Shown in pieces: positions 15,286 through 21,031 of a DNA stretch of 21,031 bases. The position numbers and the translations under genes were made by a program. The stretch spans positions 1 through 21,031 of the forward strand of contig JAYUCR010000397.1 of the NCBI GenBank assembly GCA_043740165.1. Direction: 5' to 3'. Numbering within the stretch: position 1 is the first letter of the stretch; each line of letters opens with the position of its first letter. The stretch comes from Acidobacteriota bacterium. Lineage in GTDB: Bacteria > Acidobacteriota > Polarisedimenticolia > Gp22-AA2. The notes beneath the pieces are model-generated. The model searched no databases. It saw only the letters and a list, made by a program, of their open reading frames with translations, and was not told where the DNA came from.

Positions 15286-16428
15286 GTGATGCAGGAAGCG
15301 ACGAGGCCGGTAGACATAGAGGAAGACCCCGGACCGTCACAGGGGCTCGACCTCATTGGCCTGCTCGCGGCGCCGGGGCCGATGGGGGCCGCGCTCCGGT
15401 CGGCGATGCGCGATCTCCCCCCCTCCGCGGTCCCGGGACTCGTGGAGCGGCTGGTCTACCACCGCATCGACGGCCTGGCCTGGCGCGCCATCGCCGGCCT
15501 TCCGGCGGACGAGATCGACCCCTGGCTCCGCGCCACGCTGCGCCGCCGGCACCAGCAGCGCAGCGCCGCGGTCCTGGCGCAGGGACTGGGGCTCGCCGAG
15601 GTGCTCGATCACCTGACGCGGGCCGGCGTGCCGGTCGCGGTGACGCGCGGGCTGCGGGTCATCGAGTGGATCTACCGTGACACGGGGGCGAGGCCGTTCG
15701 AGGATCACGATCTCCTGGTCCGGCCCGCCGACGAGCCGCTGGCGTGCGCCGTCCTGCAGCGCCTGGGGTACGAGGAACGCGCCCCCCGCCTTTTCCGCCG
15801 CACCACCATCACGCTGGACCTGCACACCGACCCGCTCGGAGCGCGCCGCCGCCCGACGCGCGCGCAGCTCTTCCCGATCGACGTCGAGGCGCTGTTCCGT
15901 GACGCCAGCCCCGGCTGGATCGCCGGCGGCCCGGCGATGATCCTGGCCCCCGAGGACGAGATCCTGCTGCTCGCGCTGCACGTCGTGAAACATTCCTTCG
16001 ATCGCCTGATCCGCACCGCCGACCTGGCGCACCTGGTCGCCGTGCACGGCAACGCCATCTGCTGGGAAAGGGTTCGGGAGCGCGCCGAGGAGGCGCGCGC
16101 CACGCGGCTCCTCGGCCTGGCGTTTGGCGCCGCGACGCCGTTCGGCATCACGGTGCCGGCGGCGGTGCGCCTGCCGGAGCCTTTCGCCGGCCTCGAAGGG
16201 CTGCTGCTCGATCGCGTCCGCGCCTTCCGTCCCCTCCCCTACTGCGGAGAGGTGCTGATGGCGATGGCCGCTCCGCGCTTCCTCGATCGCCTGCGCTACG
16301 TCCTCGATGCGCTCGTCCCGGCGGGCGAGGCGCCGGCGGGCGGCTGGTCGGCGGCGGAGATCCCCCGCCGCAGCGTGATTCTGCTCGACGGCGCCGCGCG
16401 CCGGATGCGTGAAAGGAGACGGGCGTGA
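15286..16428 (+). CDS. Uncharacterised nucleotidyltransferase-family protein (PF14907/NTP_transf_5-like; Pol-beta superfamily)
   Basis: 380-aa ORF. The block AGVPVAVTRGLRVIEWIYRDTGARPFEDHDLLVRPADEPLACAVLQRLGY matches the KG..-Y.dpg.R..sDiDlLV...d...a...L...Gy signature of this family as I remember it. The start is GTG 15286 or ATG 15289 after a G-rich SD. The stop TGA overlaps the next start as GTGA. Confidence 0.6.
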   Translation: MMQEATRPVDIEEDPGPSQGLDLIGLLAAPGPMGAALRSAMRDLPPSAVPGLVERLVYHRIDGLAWRAIAGLPADEIDPWLRATLRRRHQQRSAAVLAQGLGLAEVLDHLTRAGVPVAVTRGLRVIEWIYRDTGARPFEDHDLLVRPADEPLACAVLQRLGYEERAPRLFRRTTITLDLHTDPLGARRRPTRAQLFPIDVEALFRDASPGWIAGGPAMILAPEDEILLLALHVVKHSFDRLIRTADLAHLVAVHGNAICWERVRERAEEARATRLLGLAFGAATPFGITVPAAVRLPEPFAGLEGLLLDRVRAFRPLPYCGEVLMAMAAPRFLDRLRYVLDALVPAGEAPAGGWSAAEIPRRSVILLDGAARRMRERRRA

Positions 16429-16730
16429 TCGAACCTGGAACCGCACGTTACATCCCCTCCCCCGACGTGGTGACGCGCAACATCGCCGGCGAGCACCTGC
16501 TGGTGCCGGTGCGCACCGGTGTCGCGCAGATGGACTACCTGTACACCGCCGACGAGGTGGGGAGCGTCATCTTCTCCCTGCTCGACGGGCAGCGCGACGC
16601 GACCGCCATCGGCCGCCATGTCGCGGAGCTGTTCGAGGTCGACGCGGCGCAGGCCACGGCCGACGTGGCGGCCTTCCTCCAGGAGCTGGAACAGGCCGGA
16701 CTGGTCCGCCTGGCCGGGGAGGACCGTTGA
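16425..16730 (+). CDS. PqqD-family protein, a standalone RiPP precursor recognition element (RRE)
   Basis: 101 aa. The pattern VTRNIAGEHLLVPVRTG..YLYTADEVGSVIFSLLDGQRDATAIGRHVAELFEVDAAQATADVAAFLQELEQAGLV is the canonical PqqD/RRE pattern. The GTG start has AAGGAG 6 nt upstream and overlaps the upstream stop as GTGA. Confidence 0.85.
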   Translation: MIEPGTARYIPSPDVVTRNIAGEHLLVPVRTGVAQMDYLYTADEVGSVIFSLLDGQRDATAIGRHVAELFEVDAAQATADVAAFLQELEQAGLVRLAGEDR

Positions 16731-18031
16731 GCGCCTGCTCCCCGGTCACGTACCAGGAGTTCGGCAAGAGCGTGATGCAGGCATGCGCCGGGGCACGCGT
16801 GCCGCTGTCCGGCTCGTTCGAGCTGACCTTCAAGTGCAACCTGCGCTGCGTGCACTGCTACATCCCGGACTTCTCCGGGCGCGACGAGATGACCACCTCC
16901 GAGGTGCAGCGGATCCTGAGCGAGGCGGCCGATGAGGGATGCCTCTGGATGCTGCTCACCGGCGGCGAGGTCCTGTCGCGCGCCGACTTCCGCGAGATCT
17001 ACCTGCACGCCAAGCGCCTGGGGCTGCTGCTGACCGTGTTCAGCAACGGCACCCTCCTGGACGAACGGATCGCCGATCTGCTGGCCGAGTACCCGCCGCG
17101 GGGTATCGAGATCACCCTCTATGGGATGTCGGACGCGACGTATCTGCGCACCACCGGCTCACCGGGGCGTTTCACGCGGGTCAAGCGGGCGGTCGAGCTG
17201 CTGGCGGAGCGCCGCATCGACCTCACCCTGAAGGCGATCGCGATGGAGGAGCTGCGCGACGAGATCCCGGTCATGCAGGCCTGGGCGGCGTCGATGGGGA
17301 TCCGCTTCCGGTACGACGGCACCATTCACGGCCGGCTCGACGGCTCGCTCAGCCCCACGGCGGCGCGTTCCACCCCGGAGCGGCTGGTGCAGCACGACAT
17401 CAACGACCCGCGGCGGCGCGCCGACTGGATGACCTTCTACCGCGACTACGTCAAGCCGGCGCGCAAGAGCGAGATGCTGATGTCGTGCGGCGCCGGGGTG
17501 CAGAGCTTCCACGTCGACCCCAAGGGGACCCTGCTGTCGTGCGAGGCGCTCAACCTCGACGCCTACGATCTGCGCCGCGGCACGTTCCGGGAAGGCTGGT
17601 ACGGCATCGTCGGCCGCGTGCGCGAGCGCCGCGCGGCGGCCCACAACGTCTGCGCCGGCTGCGAGATCAAAGCCCTCTGCGATCGCTGCCCGGCCACGGC
17701 GCTGCTCGAGACCGGCAGCCCCGACGGCTGGATCCCCTACTACTGCGAAGTGACCCACAGGCGGGCCTCCTTCCTGGAGGCCGAGCTGGGAAACACGGAA
17801 GCCGCGGCGCGCTACATGGCCCACGCCGAGAAGGTGGCCGGCGGGTGGACTCCCGAAGGGGTCATCCTGCCGCGCGCCTCGGCGCTGCGCGCGAGCGCCG
17901 CCCCGGCGGGCGGCTGCGCGTCCGGCGGATGCACCTCGGGCGGGTGCGGCAAGCCTGCCGCGGCCGCCGCCAGTCCCCAGCCGTTGCAGATCGATTTGAA
18001 CCGCAGCAACACGATGGAGAGACAGCGATGA
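16727..18031 (+). CDS. Radical SAM / SPASM-domain peptide maturase (PqqE/sactipeptide/ranthipeptide-synthase-like)
   Basis: The CNLRCVHC (CxxxCxxC) AdoMet cluster is near the N-terminus and a GGE-like motif (LLTGGEVL) follows. A full SPASM signature is present: CGAGVQSFHVDPKGTLLSC is CX12GX4C, then CAGCEIKALCDRC, then a final YYCEV Cys. The start is uncertain. TTG 16727 overlaps the PqqD stop as TTGA with GGAGG 4 nt upstream. GTG 16772 and ATG 16775 are alternatives. The first ~100 codons of the ORF-track entry (16409-) are out-of-frame overlap with the PqqD gene and are not real. Confidence 0.88.
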   Translation: MSACSPVTYQEFGKSVMQACAGARVPLSGSFELTFKCNLRCVHCYIPDFSGRDEMTTSEVQRILSEAADEGCLWMLLTGGEVLSRADFREIYLHAKRLGLLLTVFSNGTLLDERIADLLAEYPPRGIEITLYGMSDATYLRTTGSPGRFTRVKRAVELLAERRIDLTLKAIAMEELRDEIPVMQAWAASMGIRFRYDGTIHGRLDGSLSPTAARSTPERLVQHDINDPRRRADWMTFYRDYVKPARKSEMLMSCGAGVQSFHVDPKGTLLSCEALNLDAYDLRRGTFREGWYGIVGRVRERRAAAHNVCAGCEIKALCDRCPATALLETGSPDGWIPYYCEVTHRRASFLEAELGNTEAAARYMAHAEKVAGGWTPEGVILPRASALRASAAPAGGCASGGCTSGGCGKPAAAAASPQPLQIDLNRSNTMERQR

Positions 18032-18219
18032 CACGCAGCCCCGAGAAGCCCGGCGCGCCGGCGCGCCGGTCGTACCACCCGCCGCAGCTGCAGCGGGTCA
18101 GCCTGGTCCCCGACGAAGCCGTTCTCGCCTCCTGCAAGACCGCGACCGTGCAGGGGCCGCTGGGCGCCTCGGCAAAATGCACCGGCACCCCTTCACTCTG
18201 CTCGCACGATGGCTCCTAA
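18028..18219 (+). CDS. Candidate RiPP precursor peptide, 63 aa: MTRSPEKPGAPARRSYHPPQLQRVSLVPDEAVLASCKTATVQGPLGASAKCTGTPSLCSHDGS
   Basis: It is not listed separately in the ORF track because it is the 3-prime end of the long frame-1 ORF 16939-18219. ATG 18028 overlaps the rSAM stop as ATGA and has a GGAGAG SD 6 nt upstream. The stop TAA at 18217 is overlapped by the kinase start. GC3 is high. The product has three Cys in its C-terminal third and a C-terminal Ser. Confidence 0.6.
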   Translation: MTRSPEKPGAPARRSYHPPQLQRVSLVPDEAVLASCKTATVQGPLGASAKCTGTPSLCSHDGS

Positions 18220-19132
18220 CACACCCCGTCCGTTGATCCTGGAGATCGCCGGCATCGGCCTCTCCGTGCGGCCGGCCGAGCCGGGGATCGATCTGGTCAC
18301 CGACGCCGCCCACGAGCCGTTTCTGGCGGAAGGGATCGGCGACGACTGCGCCTCGATCGTCCTGGCGCCGGTGGCCTCCACCCGGCCGCCGCGCACCAAG
18401 GGCCGGACGATCTTCGACACCGGCTGCGTCTGGCGTCTGGAGGAGAGCGGCGACGGGCACCTCCTGACGCTGCGCTCGCCGGTGTTCGGCGCCGACCCGT
18501 ATCTCGCGGTGGAATTCGACGCCCAGTATTCCCGCGGCCAGGGGGAAACGCTCGACGGCGGCCCTCATCTGCTGGGAGCGACCATGCACCCTTTCGTCTA
18601 TCCGTTCGACGAGGTGGTCTTCCTGGCCCGCCTGGCGCGCGGCCGCGGCGTGCTGGTGCATGCCTGCGGTCTCACCTATCGCGGGCGCGGCATCCTGCTG
18701 CTCGGCACCTCGGGCGCCGGCAAGAGCACCTCGGCGCGCCTCTGGTCCGAGCGCCCCGCCGCCCGCGTCCTCTCGGACGATCGCATCGTCATCCGCCGCG
18801 ACGACGAGGGTTATCGCATCTTCGGGACCCCCTGGCACGGGGACGCCGGGCTCGAGTCGCCCGGCTCGGCGCCGCTGTGCGCCGTCTTCATCCTCGAGCA
18901 GGCGCCGCGCAATCGCGTCGTCGAGATGCCTCCCTCGCAGGCGGTGGCCCAGATGATGGTGCGCGCCTTTCCCGCCATGTGGGATCAGGGAGGCCTGGAG
19001 TTCGCGGTGAAGTTTCTGTCGCAGATGACCGAGCGGGTCCCGGTGCGGCGGCTGCAGTTCCTGCCCGAAGCCTCGGCGGTCGATTGCGTGCTCGGGGCGA
19101 TCGATGGGGGGCTCGATGCCGAAGGGGCCTGA
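18209..19132 (+). CDS. HprK-like serine kinase (HPr kinase/phosphorylase C-terminal-domain fold; RiPP peptide kinase-like)
   Basis: 307 aa. The block VLVHACGLTYRGRGILLLGTSGAGKSTSARLWSERPAARVLSDDRIVI matches the HprK C-domain P-loop region (VHG..V...G.GVLI.G.SG.GKS..AL.L...G..LVSDD.V.I). The ATG overlaps the precursor gene end by 11 nt. Confidence 0.8.
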   Translation: MAPNTPRPLILEIAGIGLSVRPAEPGIDLVTDAAHEPFLAEGIGDDCASIVLAPVASTRPPRTKGRTIFDTGCVWRLEESGDGHLLTLRSPVFGADPYLAVEFDAQYSRGQGETLDGGPHLLGATMHPFVYPFDEVVFLARLARGRGVLVHACGLTYRGRGILLLGTSGAGKSTSARLWSERPAARVLSDDRIVIRRDDEGYRIFGTPWHGDAGLESPGSAPLCAVFILEQAPRNRVVEMPPSQAVAQMMVRAFPAMWDQGGLEFAVKFLSQMTERVPVRRLQFLPEASAVDCVLGAIDGGLDAEGA

Positions 19133-19136
19133 AGAA

Positions 19137-21031
19137 GTGAACGGGGGCTCTCCCGGGTCGAGCCCGGCCCCGCCGGTCCTCCTGGCGGAGCGCCAGGGAG
19201 TGGTGTTCGTCGCCACGTCACAAAGCGTCGACGGCCTGCGCGTCCCGCGGCGTTACTGGGGGACCGACATGGGTGTCGTGGCGATCCCGGCGCACGAGGA
19301 GGAGGTGCGGGCCTGCGAGCTGCTCCCCCCTTCGGATGCCGGCGCCTGGCCGCGCGCCCTGCCGCGCCCCGACCTGCTCTCTCCGGTTCTGTCGCGTCTC
19401 CTCAGCGTCGAGCACATGGAGATGAGTCTCTATCCGGGGCGCGACGGCCTGAAAGCGATGCTGATCGCCCCGGACGGGCAGCGCCTGCCGTTCCCGATCG
19501 CCCCCAAGGATGCGCTCGGCCTCCTGGCCGCGGTCTTCCACCATGCGCCGCGCGGTGTCGTCGCCCTGAACGCGAGCCGCCCCGGGCGGCTGCTCCTCGC
19601 CGTCCAGCCGGCCGCCCGGCCGCACGAGTACCGCGTGCGGCTCGCCGGCGCCGTGGCCACACCGAAGCCGGGCAGCCTGCCCGAGATTGGCGCCTCGATG
19701 TCGCTCCTCGAAATCCTGAACGAATCGCTCGATCGTCCCTCGGGATTGATGCTGGTCGCCGGGGGCAGCTCCTCGGGGCGCAGCACGACCCTGGACCTTC
19801 TGGCCGGATCGCTCCTGGCGCGCGGCCGGAGCGGCGGCCGGATCGGCCCGCGGCGCGAGACCGCGAACCCGAACCTCCCCTGGCTCGCCGACGCCGTCAC
19901 CGACTGGCCGTTTCCGGAGAGCCTCAAGGAGGCGGCGCCCGACTTCGTCATGATGGAGCGGCTGGAAGGACTGCGGCACCTGCTGCTCGCCGCCCGCCTC
20001 GCCGGGACGGGGACGCTGGTGCTGGCCGGCGCGCCCCCCGCCGAGCCGCAGGCGCTGGTGCGCCGCGTGGCGCGCGAGCTCGAGGCCGGCGCCGGACCCG
20101 AGGTGCCGGTGATGGTGCTGGCGCAGTCCCTGCTGCGCACCGTCTGCCGCGGATGCACCACGTGGACGGCGATCCCGGCGGCGCGCGCGTTGCGCCTCGG
20201 GTTCCACCGCTGGGATCTGGAGGAGATGGAGCGCCGCGGCGGGCTCGCCGTCCCGGCCCGCAAAGGCTGCCCCACCTGTGCCGGGACCGGCATCGCCGGG
20301 CTCACGGGGGTGTTCAGCTATGCCGGGTCGGACGGCCTCTCGAGCGCGCTGCCGACGCTGCGCGAAGAAGGCTGGCGCAAGGTTGTCGAAGGCATCGCCG
20401 ACGTCGATGACGTCGCGGCCCTGCCGGGTGGGCATCACGCCATGCGTTCCCTGCGCGAGATCGCCGTGCTGGCCGGCACGACGCCGATGGCGCGCCATGA
20501 GCCCGACGGCGTCGCCACCGCGGCGTCGGCCCGTCCGGTCGCCGCGCGACCCGCCGCGGCCCCGCCGGTCAAGTCCGGCGCCGTCGCGCGCGGCTCCTCC
20601 TCCGCCGACGTCGACATCCTCGTGGCGCTGTTGCGCGCCGCGCGCGCCGGGCAGCCGCCGCAGCCGGAGCGCATGGCCGAGCTGGCGCGCGGCGTCGCCG
20701 GCCGGGCGATGCAGGGCGAGCTCGACACCCAGCTCCAGCCGCCGCCCGCCGGCTACCACATGGGGCGCCGGGCGGTGAACACGGCGGTCCTGGCGGTGCG
20801 GATCGTGGCGGCGCTGGGTCAGACCGAGGACGCTCCGGCGACGGCCACGCTGGCGCTGCTCCATGACATCGGGCTGCTCGAGGCGGGTGTCGATCCGGGG
20901 GCCGAATCGGGCCCTCAACTGAGCGAAGCCGCTCTCGATCCCCAGGGGGCACGGATGCGCCCCGCCACCATGCTGCGCGCGCTTGGCCTTCCCGACGCCG
21001 AGCTGGCGGCCCGGATCGCCGACGCGCAGAC
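19137..21031 (+). CDS. Partial (3-prime end runs off the window) GspE/PilB-type secretion-ATPase-fold protein with degenerate catalytic motifs, fused to a C-terminal HD domain
   Basis: I translated this manually (frame 0, no stop to the window end, over 630 codons), and it is absent from the ORF track. It aligns by eye to GspE/EpsE. LMLVAGGSSSGRSTTL matches LVTGPTGSGKSTTL, with the Walker A Lys replaced by Arg. APDFVMMERLEGL matches DPDVVMVGEIRDL. The His box is lost (TGTLVLAGAPPA for TGHLVMSTLHTN). The tetracysteine Zn motif is kept (VCRGC ... GCPTCAGTGIAGLTGVF). A C-terminal HD signature follows (YHMGRRAVNTAVLAVRIVAALG ... LALLHDIGLL). The start is GTG 19137 (AAGGGG 9 nt upstream) or an in-frame ATG at 19104/19116. 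Confidence 0.7.
   Translation, partial: MNGGSPGSSPAPPVLLAERQGVVFVATSQSVDGLRVPRRYWGTDMGVVAIPAHEEEVRACELLPPSDAGAWPRALPRPDLLSPVLSRLLSVEHMEMSLYPGRDGLKAMLIAPDGQRLPFPIAPKDALGLLAAVFHHAPRGVVALNASRPGRLLLAVQPAARPHEYRVRLAGAVATPKPGSLPEIGASMSLLEILNESLDRPSGLMLVAGGSSSGRSTTLDLLAGSLLARGRSGGRIGPRRETANPNLPWLADAVTDWPFPESLKEAAPDFVMMERLEGLRHLLLAARLAGTGTLVLAGAPPAEPQALVRRVARELEAGAGPEVPVMVLAQSLLRTVCRGCTTWTAIPAARALRLGFHRWDLEEMERRGGLAVPARKGCPTCAGTGIAGLTGVFSYAGSDGLSSALPTLREEGWRKVVEGIADVDDVAALPGGHHAMRSLREIAVLAGTTPMARHEPDGVATAASARPVAARPAAAPPVKSGAVARGSSSADVDILVALLRAARAGQPPQPERMAELARGVAGRAMQGELDTQLQPPPAGYHMGRRAVNTAVLAVRIVAALGQTEDAPATATLALLHDIGLLEAGVDPGAESGPQLSEAALDPQGARMRPATMLRALGLPDAELAARIADAQ

Noticed and set aside
15337-16446. 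369-aa minus ORF
   Set aside because: It is antisense to the nucleotidyltransferase gene and lacks the RBS and coupling context that the plus-strand gene has.
16409-16726. N-terminal ~100 codons of the ORF-track entry 16409..18031
   Set aside because: This stretch is out-of-frame overlap with the PqqD gene. The rSAM gene must start at 16727-16775.
16939-18219. 426-aa frame-1 plus ORF
   Set aside because: Only the last 64 codons (from ATG 18028 with its own SD) are plausible. The upstream part overlaps the well-supported rSAM gene in another frame and encodes Arg-rich junk.
17159-19216. Minus ORFs 17159..18034 and 18098..19216
   Set aside because: They lie antisense to the rSAM and kinase genes, with low-complexity products.
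19218-20918. 566-aa minus-strand ORF opposite the GspE-like gene
   Set aside because: The product is an Arg/Gly-rich low-complexity translation typical of the antisense frame of a high-GC gene. The plus-strand frame has clear family motifs and high GC3.

Overview
This is a high-GC (~70%) bacterial chromosomal segment with two parts. Positions 50-15034 are densely packed housekeeping genes, all on the minus strand. In order of increasing coordinate they are a signal-peptide-anchored alkaline-phosphatase-superfamily/TPR protein, ahcY, metK, dnaE, guaA, holA, lptE and leuS; the leuS-lptE-holA synteny is the conserved one. A 250-bp lower-GC intergenic region (15035-15285) carries a sigma70-like promoter and repeated CCCATGC motifs. 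From it, an operon of translationally coupled genes runs on the plus strand to the window end and looks like an undescribed RiPP-type peptide-modification system. Its genes are a PF14907-like nucleotidyltransferase, a standalone PqqD-family RiPP recognition element, a radical SAM/SPASM maturase, an unlisted 63-codon precursor-like peptide, an HprK-like P-loop kinase and a partial protein pairing a degenerate GspE/PilB ATPase fold with a C-terminal HD domain. The precursor-like peptide has three Cys in its C-terminal third and ends in Ser, and its gene overlaps the maturase stop as ATGA. The operon combines radical-SAM thioether-type chemistry with the kinase plus nucleotidyltransferase tailoring module otherwise known from lasso peptide clusters with a phosphorylated C-terminal Ser. 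All domain calls rest on motifs read by eye, since no searches could be run. No rRNA, tRNA, CRISPR array or mobile element was seen.
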